This document shows positions 33,015 to 40,000 of a DNA stretch of 40,000 nucleotides, one piece after another. The notes under the pieces were generated by a model. That model saw only the letters and a program-made list of their open reading frames with translations. It searched no databases and was not told the origin of the DNA. Source of the stretch: Streptosporangium carneum (GTDB lineage: Bacteria; Actinomycetota; Actinomycetes; Streptosporangiales; Streptosporangiaceae); the NCBI RefSeq assembly GCF_027922005.1, contig NZ_BSEV01000008.1, positions 280,704 through 320,703 on the forward strand, in the 5' to 3' direction. The position numbers and the translations under genes were made by a program. How positions within the stretch are numbered: the stretch's first letter is position 1; every line of letters begins with the position of its first letter.

Positions 33015-34220
33015 ATGTGGACGAGGAACTTCACCCTCTACTTCGGGGCCCGCACAATCTCTCTGCTCGGTGACGCGATGATGCCCGTCGCCTCGGCGCT
33101 GGCGATCGGGAAAGTCTATGGGATCGCGGGCGTCGGCTACGTGCTCGCGATCTGGACCACGTCGGCCGTGCTGGTCATGTTGTTCGGCGGGGTTTTCGCC
33201 GATCGGATCGGCGCCCGGCGCTTGATGATCGGCGCGGACCTGCTCAGGGTCGTCACCCAGGGGTGTGTGGCCGTCGCCTTCCTGGACGGCGCTCCGCCGC
33301 TCGCCCTGTTGCTGGCGATGGCGTTCTTGTCGGGCATAGGCGCGGGGACGTTCGAACCGTGCGTCAACGGCATGGTCCCCCTGGTCGCCAAGGATCCGCA
33401 GCGGGCCAACGCGACGCTGAAGATCGCCGAGGCGGTCACCCAGCTGGCGGGTCCCGCAGTGGCCGGGGTCCTCATCGTCGTCGCCGGGCCGGTCTTCGTC
33501 TACACGGTGGACGCCGCGACGTTCCTGGTCAGCGGGCTGTTCCTGCTGCTGGTCCGGGTCACCGTGCCCAGGCCGGAGCCCTCCAACGTGCTGAGCGACC
33601 TGCGCAGGGGCTGGGAGGAGTTCAAGGCCAGGAGCTGGATGTGGTCGGTCATCCTGGTCTGGGTGTTCTGGGGTGTTCTGGTGGTCGGGCCGTACGTGCC
33701 GCTGTCGTCGCAGGTCATCGGGGCCGACTACGGCTGGGTGATGGCGGCGCTCGGCCTCGGCACCGTGCTGGGCGGGCTGGTGGCGATCAGGCTCAGGCCG
33801 CGCAGGCCGCTGACGGCTGGGGCGGTGGCGCTGAGCGGGTACGTGGCGGTGCCGCTGACGGTCGCGCTCGGGCTGCCGCTGCCGCTGCTGATGGCCGGGC
33901 ACCTGCTCGGAGGGGGCGCGTTGGCGTTCTGGTCGGTGATGTGGTCGACCAGCGTGCAGACGCAGGTCGCGCCGGACGTGGTGAACCGGGTCAACGCCTA
34001 CCAGGTGGCCGGGTCGGTCTCGGGCATGGCGGTCGGGCAGGCGCTGGCCGGTCCGGTCACCGCGCTGGTCGAACCGCGCGCCTTCATGCTGGGGTCGGCC
34101 CTGGTGACGGTCGGCGTGGTGGCGGCGCTGCTGTTGATCAAGCCGGTCAGGCGGCTGGGCCGGGAGCCTCAGGAGACCGGAGGCCCGTCGATCCCGGTCT
34201 CGGCCGGCGTGTTGACGTAG
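33015..34220 (+). CDS. MFS transporter
   Basis: About 12 predicted hydrophobic segments. The N-terminus WTRNFTLYFGARTISLLGDAMMPVA is typical of the MFS_3/EntS-like group. ATG 33015 was chosen; TTG 33006 is possible. Confidence 0.88.
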   Translation: MWTRNFTLYFGARTISLLGDAMMPVASALAIGKVYGIAGVGYVLAIWTTSAVLVMLFGGVFADRIGARRLMIGADLLRVVTQGCVAVAFLDGAPPLALLLAMAFLSGIGAGTFEPCVNGMVPLVAKDPQRANATLKIAEAVTQLAGPAVAGVLIVVAGPVFVYTVDAATFLVSGLFLLLVRVTVPRPEPSNVLSDLRRGWEEFKARSWMWSVILVWVFWGVLVVGPYVPLSSQVIGADYGWVMAALGLGTVLGGLVAIRLRPRRPLTAGAVALSGYVAVPLTVALGLPLPLLMAGHLLGGGALAFWSVMWSTSVQTQVAPDVVNRVNAYQVAGSVSGMAVGQALAGPVTALVEPRAFMLGSALVTVGVVAALLLIKPVRRLGREPQETGGPSIPVSAGVLT

Positions 34221-34259
34221 TCGGTCATCGCGGATCATCGAACGTCGCCTGACGCGGCG

Positions 34260-36191
34260 CTAGCCGAGCCAGCCCGCGGAGCCGTCGGGGACGCTGGCCA
34301 GCAACGCCCGGGTGTAGGGGTGGGCGGGGGCGTCAAGGACCTGGTCCGCGGAGCCCGTCTCCACGCACCGGCCCGCCTCCAGCACGTAGAGCCGGTCGGC
34401 GATCTGGCGGACCACGGCCAGGTCGTGGGTGATGAACAGCATCGCCATGGACAGCCGTTCGCGCAGCTCGGCCAGCAGGCCCAGGATCTGCGCCTGGACC
34501 GAGACGTCGAGGGCGGACACCGGTTCGTCGCAGATCAGCAGCCGGGGCTCGCCCGCGACGGCACGGGCGATCGCGACCCGCTGTCGTTCCCCGCCCGACA
34601 GCCCGGCGGGACGCATCCCGGCCATGTCGCGGCCCAGACCGACCGACTCCAGCAGCCGGGCGACGTCTCCCGAAGCCGCGGGACGGCCGTCCGCGCGCAG
34701 GGCCTCGGCGAGGGCCGCCCCGATCGTGCGGGCCGGGTTGAGCGTCGAGTAGGGGTCCTGGAAGATCATCTGTGCGGTGCGGCGCGCCTGGCGCACCGCC
34801 GTACGGCTCAGCCTGCCGTAGTCGGAACAGTCGACGCCGTCGAGCAGGATCGTGCCCGCGTCCGGGCGTTCCAGTCCGGCGACGCAGCGGGCGAGCGTGG
34901 TCTTGCCCGACCCGGACTCACCGACCACACCGACGACCTCGCCGGAGGCGATGGACAGACTCACCCCGGCCAGCGCGGGACGGCCGGCCCCGGCGAACGT
35001 CCTTCGCAGGTCACGAACGTCGAGCACCGCGTCGGCCAGGCCTCTGAACGGAAGCGTGACACCCGGCGCGGGCGCGGGCTGGGCGGGCAGCTCCGTGGCG
35101 CGCAGGCAGGCGGACTCACGGCCCGGCCGTACGGCCTTCGGCACCGGCCCCACGGCCAGGCACTCGGCCACGGCGAGGGAGCACCGCTCCGCGAAGGCGC
35201 ACCGGTCGGCCACGGCGTCATGGGCGGGCACGGAGCCGGGAACCGCGGGGATGACGGCCAGACGCCGGTCCGCGGGCGGCTCGGCGGCCAGCAGGGCCCG
35301 GGTGTAGGGGTGGAGCTGCTCGTTCCGTACGGCCGCCGCCCCGCCGGTCTCCATGATCCGGCCCGCGTACATCACCACGACCCGGTCGCAGGTGGAGAAC
35401 GCCAGGCGCAGGTCATGGGTGATGAGCACGAACGCCATGTCCCGCTCACGCTGGATGCGCCTGACGAGGGCGAGCACCTCGCGCTGCGTGGTGGCGTCGA
35501 GCGCGGTCGTCGGCTCGTCGGCGACGAGCACCCGCGGCCCGCCCGCGAGCGCGGCGGCCAGCCCGACGCGCTGCCGCATGCCGCCGGACAGCTGGAAGGG
35601 GTGACGTCCCGCGACGTCCTCCGGCAGGCCGACCTCGGCCAGCAGCCGAGGCACCTCGACCTTCGGGTCCGCCCCCTTCGGCAGCCCGTCCGCGATCTGC
35701 CGCCCCACCCTGCGCAACGGGTTGAGCAGGGTGAACGGGTCCTGCATGAGGAGGGAGACCACGCCGCCGCGCTGCCGGGCGCGGGTGCGCGGGTCGTCGT
35801 CGACGCGCACGCCGTCGACGTCCACCCGCCCGGTGGCCTCAAGCCCCCGGGGCAGCAGACCAAGCATCGCCCTGACCGTGAGCGACTTGCCCGAGCCCGA
35901 CTCGCCGACGATCGCGACGGACTCGCCGGGCGCGACCTCGAAGGAGACCCCGGACAGCAGGGTCCGTCCCGTGGCGGGCTGGCGCACGGCGAGCCCCTCG
36001 ACCCGGACGCCCCCGGAGAGCCCGGCGTTCCGGACGTCTCCTGAGAGACCAGCGCCCCGGACGTCTCCTGAAAGCCCGGCGTCCCGGATGCCCCCGGAGA
36101 GCCCGGCGGCCTCGGGACGTCCCGCTCCGCCCCCTCCCGTCCCTGGCCCGCCCGCGTTCCCCGCCCCCGGCCCGTCCGCTCTCGATGCCAT
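34260..36191 (-). CDS. Fused double-NBD ABC transporter ATP-binding protein (DppD-DppF fusion type)
   Basis: Two full NBDs: GESGSGKS / LSGGMRQR / [11 protein letters not shown] and GESGSGKTT / LSGGERQR / LICDEPVSALD. The N-terminus carries a Gly-rich segment and four 9-aa repeats. The ATG follows the permease stop by 1 nt (TGAgATG). Confidence 0.9.
   Translation of the reverse strand: MASRADGPGAGNAGGPGTGGGGAGRPEAAGLSGGIRDAGLSGDVRGAGLSGDVRNAGLSGGVRVEGLAVRQPATGRTLLSGVSFEVAPGESVAIVGESGSGKSLTVRAMLGLLPRGLEATGRVDVDGVRVDDDPRTRARQRGGVVSLLMQDPFTLLNPLRRVGRQIADGLPKGADPKVEVPRLLAEVGLPEDVAGRHPFQLSGGMRQRVGLAAALAGGPRVLVADEPTTALDATTQREVLALVRRIQRERDMAFVLITHDLRLAFSTCDRVVVMYAGRIMETGGAAAVRNEQLHPYTRALLAAEPPADRRLAVIPAVPGSVPAHDAVADRCAFAERCSLAVAECLAVGPVPKAVRPGRESACLRATELPAQPAPAPGVTLPFRGLADAVLDVRDLRRTFAGAGRPALAGVSLSIASGEVVGVVGESGSGKTTLARCVAGLERPDAGTILLDGVDCSDYGRLSRTAVRQARRTAQMIFQDPYSTLNPARTIGAALAEALRADGRPAASGDVARLLESVGLGRDMAGMRPAGLSGGERQRVAIARAVAGEPRLLICDEPVSALDVSVQAQILGLLAELRERLSMAMLFITHDLAVVRQIADRLYVLEAGRCVETGSADQVLDAPAHPYTRALLASVPDGSAGWLG
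36000..36107 (-). repeat. 27-bp x4 in-frame tandem repeat at the 5' end of the ATPase gene (AGLSGGIRD/AGLSGDVRG/AGLSGDVRN/AGLSGGVRV)
   Basis: Units at 36000-36026, 36027-36053, 36054-36080 and 36081-36107 were read directly. The promoter-distal unit merges into the genuine NBD N-terminus (VRVEGLAVRQP). Confidence 0.9.
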
Positions 36192-36192
36192 C

Positions 36193-37041
36193 TCAGCGTG
36201 CCCTTCCGCGCCGGTCGACGCGTTCGTACAGCCAGTCGCCCACGATGTTGAGCGCGGCGGCCGTGGCGATGATGGCCAGGCCCGGAGCGATCACCGTCCA
36301 GGGGTTGGTGAGGAACTGGGTGCGGTTGTCCGACAGCGTGCGCCCCCAGTCGGGAGAGCCCGCGGGCACCCCCAGGCCGAGGAAGGACAGCGACGCCAGC
36401 GAGACCAGCGCGTAGGCGAAGTTGAGGAAGACGTTGGCCAGCGCGACCGGGGCGATGTTCGGCCAGACGTGCCTGGTCATGATCCGCCATGCGGAGAGGT
36501 TCTTCAGCTGCGCGGCCTCCACGTAGGGGCGGTGCCGCTGTTCGAGCACGGCTCCGCGCACCACCCGCGTGTCGGTCGGCGCGAACAGCACGACCAGCAC
36601 GGCGATCGCCAGGCCGTACCCGCCGCCCAGGACGCCTGCGACGACGATCGCCACCAGGAGCGCGGGCAGGGAGAACACCAGGTCCGCCCAGCGCATGGCC
36701 AGCGCGTCGACCCAGCCGCCGAGGTATCCGGCGGGCAGGCCCACGAGGTTGCCGATGAGCATCGACCCGGCGGCGACGCACAGCGCTCCCGGCACCGCCG
36801 TACGGGCTCCGGCGACCAGGAGCTCCAGCACGTCGCGGCCGAGATCGTCGGTGCCGAGCGGGTGACCGGGGCCTGGGCCCGTGATGCCCAGCATCAGGTC
36901 CTGCGCGGTCGCGTCCGGCACGATCCAGGGGGCGAAGACGGTGGCCACCGCCACCGCGACGAGGACGGCCAGCGCGACGGCCACGCTGATCGGGGGACGA
37001 CGCCTCGTCTCCCGGGCAAGCCCGGCCCGCGGGTGCTTCAT
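36193..37041 (-). CDS. ABC transporter permease (DppC/OppC-like)
   Basis: FAPWIVPD, HPLGTDDLGRDVLELLVAGAR, and a typical BPD_transp_1 core. Confidence 0.9.
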   Translation of the reverse strand: MKHPRAGLARETRRRPPISVAVALAVLVAVAVATVFAPWIVPDATAQDLMLGITGPGPGHPLGTDDLGRDVLELLVAGARTAVPGALCVAAGSMLIGNLVGLPAGYLGGWVDALAMRWADLVFSLPALLVAIVVAGVLGGGYGLAIAVLVVLFAPTDTRVVRGAVLEQRHRPYVEAAQLKNLSAWRIMTRHVWPNIAPVALANVFLNFAYALVSLASLSFLGLGVPAGSPDWGRTLSDNRTQFLTNPWTVIAPGLAIIATAAALNIVGDWLYERVDRRGRAR

Positions 37042-37079
37042 GGCGTCCTCCCGCCGGACTCGGTCCGTGAGCGTGTCAT
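37038..37079 (-). other. Candidate relay mini-ORF 2 (MTRSRTESGGRTP*)
   Basis: The ATG overlaps the mini-ORF 1 stop and its TGA overlaps the DppC-like ATG at 37041. It has its own GGGAGGA SD. Confidence 0.35.
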
Positions 37080-37138
37080 GACGTCCTCCCGCCGGGCCTG
37101 GTCCGTGGATGCGTCATGACGTCCTCCCGCCGAGCCTG
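37039..37138 (-). repeat. 38-bp tandem repeat, about 3 copies, each carrying SD (GGGAGGA) plus ATGA
   Basis: On the minus strand, CGGCGGGAGGACG(T/C)CATGA occurs three times with ATGs at 37117, 37079 and 37041, an exact 38-nt period. Flanking unit sequence is more diverged. Confidence 0.92.
37076..37117 (-). other. Candidate relay mini-ORF 1 (MTHPRTRPGGRTS*)
   Basis: The ATG overlaps the DppB-like stop (ATGA) and its TGA overlaps the next ATG. It has its own GGGAGGA SD. Confidence 0.35.
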
Positions 37139-38076
37139 ACCCGGGGGTCCACCACCGAGTAGCCGACGTCGACCAGGAGGTTGACGACGGCGATGAGCAG
37201 GGTGAGCAGCAGCGCGAGCGCCTGGACCGCCGGGACGTCCTTGAAGGTGACCGAGTCGACGAGCAGGGAGCCGAGGCCCGGCAGCGCGAAGGTCACCTCG
37301 ACCAGCACGGTCCCGGCCAGCATGCCGGTCACGATGAGCCCGGCCGCGGTGAGGATCGGGACGAGCGAGTTGCGCAGCGCGTAGCCGAGGACGGCGGCGG
37401 AGCTCAGGCCGCGTGCTCTGGCGAACACCACGTAGTCCTGGTCCAGCTCGCGGATCAGCGCGGCCCTGCTGAAGCGGACGAGCATGCCGACGGCTCCGAC
37501 GGCCAGCGCGGCGGCGGGCAGCGTCAGGTGCCAGATCTGGTCGGCGAGGCCCTCACCGGTGCCGTAGACGGGGAACCAGCCGAGCCAGGCGGCGAAGACC
37601 ACGAGCAGCAGCAGTCCGACGGCGAACGGCGGGGCGCTCAGCCCGACCACTCCGGCGGTGACCACGAGCCTGTCGGTCGCCCTGCCCCGGCGCAGGGCTC
37701 CCGCCACGCCCAGCGGGATGCCGGCGAGCAGCGACAACAGCGTGCCGTACCCGGTGAGCGCCAGGGTGAGCGGGAGCCGGTCGCCGATCATGTCGGCGAC
37801 CGGTGAGCCGGTCCTGATGGAGACGCCGAGGTCCCCGCGGAGGACGCCGCCGAGCCAGCTCAGGTACTGCACCGGCAGCGGGTCGTCGAGGTGGTAGCGG
37901 GCCTGGATCGCGGCGATCGTCTCCGGGGTCGCCGGACGGGTGCCGAGCAGGGTCTGCTGCACCGACCCCGGGGCGAGGTAGAGCAGGCCGAACACGCCGA
38001 TCGACAGCAGCACGACGACGACGGCGGTGCCGGCGAACCTGCGCAGCAGAAACGCGCCCCAGCTCCGCCACGCCAT
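37114..38076 (-). CDS. ABC transporter permease (DppB/OppB-like)
   Basis: WGAFLLRRFAGTAVVVVLLSIGVFGLLYLAPGS is a typical N-terminus. ATG 38076 was chosen because it overlaps the upstream S9 peptidase stop by 1 nt (TGATG). The track start 38103 would overlap by 28 nt. Confidence 0.9.
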   Translation of the reverse strand: MAWRSWGAFLLRRFAGTAVVVVLLSIGVFGLLYLAPGSVQQTLLGTRPATPETIAAIQARYHLDDPLPVQYLSWLGGVLRGDLGVSIRTGSPVADMIGDRLPLTLALTGYGTLLSLLAGIPLGVAGALRRGRATDRLVVTAGVVGLSAPPFAVGLLLLVVFAAWLGWFPVYGTGEGLADQIWHLTLPAAALAVGAVGMLVRFSRAALIRELDQDYVVFARARGLSSAAVLGYALRNSLVPILTAAGLIVTGMLAGTVLVEVTFALPGLGSLLVDSVTFKDVPAVQALALLLTLLIAVVNLLVDVGYSVVDPRVRLGGRTS

Positions 38077-39998
38077 CACAGCACCCCGTTCCCCGCCAGC
38101 CACGCGACCACCCGTTCCGCCGCGTCACGGCGGTGCTCCGGCTCGGTCAGCTCGTGGCCCTCCCGAGGGTAGACGACGAGTTGAGTCCTCACGCCAGCCG
38201 CTGACCAGGCACGATAGAGCTGTTCCGCCTGACCGACGGGGGTCGTGCGGTCCTCCGCGCCGTGCAGGATCAGCGTCGGGGTGGTGACGGCGGCGGCGTG
38301 GCACACCGGGGAGCGGGCGGCGAGGAACTCCCTGCCCTCGGTCGTGGCGACGTCGGCTCCCCGGTGGTAGAGCGGGTCGTAGCCTCCGGCGAGGTTGCTG
38401 GCGGTGGCGAAGCTGAGCCAGTCGGCGACGCCGGACATCACCACCGCGGCCGCGAACCGGTCGGTGCGGGTCACCGCCCACGCGCTGAGGTAGCCGCCGT
38501 AGCTCAGCCCGAGCACGGCCATGCGCCCGGGGTCGGCGATCCCGCGCTCGACGAGGCGGTCGACTCCGGCGAGGACGTCGCCGAGATCCTCCTCGCCGAC
38601 GCGGCCGATGACGCGACGCGCGTAGTCCTGCCCGCGCCCGCTGCTCCCCCTGGGGTTGGGCAGCAGCACGGCGGCGCCCGCGTGCACCAGCGGCAGCGCG
38701 AGCTGGTCGGACTCGGCGGGCGCGAAGGTGCTCGACCACAGCCAGGTGGGGCCGCCGTGCGCGATGACGACGAGCGGCCTGGCCCGCCCCCCGTCGCCGT
38801 CCGGGACGGGAGCGTCGTCCGGAATGAGAGCGCCGTCCATGGCTGGAACGGCGTCCAGAGCGGGAGCGGCGTCCAGAGCGGGAGCGGCGTCCAGAGCGGG
38901 AGCGCCGTCCAAGGCTGGAGCATCGTCCAGGGCCGGAGCGGCGTCCAAGGCTGGAGCATCGTCCAGGGCCGGAGCGGCGTCGGGGGCGTCGCGGTCCATG
39001 GGGGTCAGCAGAAGGCCCTGGACGGTGAGCCCGTCAGGTCCGGTCCAGCTCACCTCCTCCTGGCGTACGGCCAGCCGGGCGAGATCCTCGTTGAGGCCGG
39101 TGACCTGACGCCACTCACCCTCGCCCACCCCGGCCACCGCGATCTCCGGAGGCCGTTCCGCCGTCTCCCAGACGGCCGCGGCGAGCGTGCCCGCGCGGTC
39201 GACGGACAGGGACGGCTGCCCGTCCCGCCCGCCCAGGGTGCCCCAGGCGGTCCACCGGGTCAGCAGGCGACCGTCGGCGGTCAGCGTGCCGCCGTGCGTG
39301 CCGGTGCCGGACCAGCCGGTGAACCACAGGGTGTGCTCGTCCAGCCAGCCCAGGTCGGTGACGTCGTCCACGGCGGTCAGCCGCGTCACCTCGCCGCTGT
39401 CCAGGTCGACGTGGACGATCCGCCCGGAGACGATGGACAGCCCCTCGACGACGACGACGGCGCGTCCCCCGGGGGCCAGCCGGGGGCGGTTGAGCTGCCA
39501 GGAGGTGCTCATGAGGGTCCTGGTCCCGCCGGTCTCGCGGTCGATCAGGTCGAGACGGGGCCGGTAGTACCCAGCGGGCGTCTCGTCCGCCGAGGTCACG
39601 GCCAGCGCGACGCCGTCACGCCAGTCGGCGTCCCACACGGTCAGGCCCGTCAGGGGGATGGGCCGCGGGGCCGCGTCGCCGACCTCGGCCCAGGCGAGCC
39701 GCCGCAGCCGCCCTCCGGGGGTCCTGACGAAGGGGTCGGAGGGATCGGCGACCCGCAGGCCGAGGTGGCTGCCGTCGCGTTCGCTGCCGGGGTCGGCGAG
39801 CCGTACGAGCACGGTGCCGTCGTTCCCGGCGACCAGGTCCTCGATCTCCCCGTCCACCCTGACCCGCCAGGTGAGGGTGAGGTCGTCCGCCGAGCGGACC
39901 TCGACGTGGTCGAGGTCCTGCCCCTCACCGGAGGCGAACAGCAGCCGCCCGTCGGGCAGCCACCGGGTGAGCGCGTGCCAGCGCCCGGACGCCTCAGC
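38076..39998 (-). CDS. S9-family serine peptidase (prolyl oligopeptidase / acylaminoacyl-peptidase type), 5'-partial
   Basis: C-terminal catalytic domain with GLSYGGYLSAW (Ser), HGAEDRTTP (Asp) and PREGHEL (His), and an N-terminal beta-propeller. The frame stays open to the window edge (..WLPDGRLLFASGEGQDL.. upstream of the track start 39857), so the gene continues beyond 40000. Confidence 0.88.
   Translation of the reverse strand, partial: AEASGRWHALTRWLPDGRLLFASGEGQDLDHVEVRSADDLTLTWRVRVDGEIEDLVAGNDGTVLVRLADPGSERDGSHLGLRVADPSDPFVRTPGGRLRRLAWAEVGDAAPRPIPLTGLTVWDADWRDGVALAVTSADETPAGYYRPRLDLIDRETGGTRTLMSTSWQLNRPRLAPGGRAVVVVEGLSIVSGRIVHVDLDSGEVTRLTAVDDVTDLGWLDEHTLWFTGWSGTGTHGGTLTADGRLLTRWTAWGTLGGRDGQPSLSVDRAGTLAAAVWETAERPPEIAVAGVGEGEWRQVTGLNEDLARLAVRQEEVSWTGPDGLTVQGLLLTPMDRDAPDAAPALDDAPALDAAPALDDAPALDGAPALDAAPALDAAPALDAVPAMDGALIPDDAPVPDGDGGRARPLVVIAHGGPTWLWSSTFAPAESDQLALPLVHAGAAVLLPNPRGSSGRGQDYARRVIGRVGEEDLGDVLAGVDRLVERGIADPGRMAVLGLSYGGYLSAWAVTRTDRFAAAVVMSGVADWLSFATASNLAGGYDPLYHRGADVATTEGREFLAARSPVCHAAAVTTPTLILHGAEDRTTPVGQAEQLYRAWSAAGVRTQLVVYPREGHELTEPEHRRDAAERVVAWLAGNGVL
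38832..38993 (-). repeat. 18-bp x ~9 in-frame tandem repeat encoding (A/V)PALD(A/D/G) hexapeptides inside the S9 peptidase
   Basis: Units start at 38832, 38850, 38868, 38886, 38904, 38922, 38940, 38958 and 38976 (the last is degenerate). Three consecutive units are identical (ggcgtccagagcgggagc). There is also a 36-bp higher-order repeat x2. Confidence 0.92.
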
Positions 39999-40000
39999 CG

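Noticed and set aside
31965-34238. 757-aa minus-strand ORF
   Set aside because: Only the last 325 codons (from ATG 32942) encode the GlxA/AraC regulator. The upstream two thirds are antisense to the MFS transporter and look like low-complexity Arg/Pro/His sequence.
38832-38993. APALD repeats as a separate repeat-protein gene (collagen-like, PE/PPE-like or cell-wall anchor)
   Set aside because: The repeats are in frame and continuous with S9 peptidase sequence on both sides (..LLLTPMDRD.. and ..RPLVVIAHGGPTW..). They are therefore an internal insertion, not an independent gene.
1-40000. Mobile elements, prophage, defence islands, toxin-antitoxin pairs, biosynthetic core enzymes, tRNA/rRNA
   Set aside because: No transposase, integrase, recombinase catalytic domain, Cas, restriction-modification, PKS/NRPS or phage structural motif was recognisable in any of the six frames. 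No cloverleaf-like or rRNA-like segment was noticed. The window reads as a catabolic/transport accessory region.

Overview
Very GC-rich, actinobacterial-type 40-kb chromosomal region, densely coding on both strands. I found no rRNA, tRNA, CRISPR array, transposase or integrase. All product calls come from motifs read by eye in the supplied translations; no database search was possible.

Gene content, left to right:
- 5'-partial LuxR regulator, XRE-cupin regulator, RidA, membrane acyltransferase, nadE and a membrane protein.
- An aldehyde dehydrogenase and a MarR regulator.
- A ~10-gene, tightly overlapping oxygenase operon: cupin, PDR-type reductase, a 73-aa protein, Rieske oxygenase, extradiol dioxygenase, AspDH-fold dehydrogenase, alpha/beta hydrolase, atypical SDR, ThDP enzyme and dienelactone hydrolase.
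- A GntR/M24-hydrolase pair, divergent from a peptide/opine-type ABC importer. The importer is fused to a TIM-barrel / FAD-oxidase / TIM-barrel trio.
- Two abutting 5'-truncated gene remnants (alpha/beta hydrolase and TetR).
- HxlR, a DHFR-like reductase, a PPOX-class protein, an RNHCP zinc-ribbon protein, and a GlxA-type AraC regulator with an MFS transporter.
- A second Dpp-like ABC system co-oriented with a 5'-partial S9 peptidase.

Most unusual signals:
1. A 38-nt tandem triplication of an SD-ATGA gene junction. It yields a relay of stop-start-coupled 13-codon mini-ORFs. Two further bridging ORFs elsewhere have 4-nt overlaps at both ends.
2. A striking density of short tandem repeat arrays (periods 12-38 bp) at gene termini and junctions.
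3. Shared operator/promoter architecture that links the aldehyde dehydrogenase to the MarR-controlled operon.
4. A clean deletion scar that fuses two truncated genes head to head.
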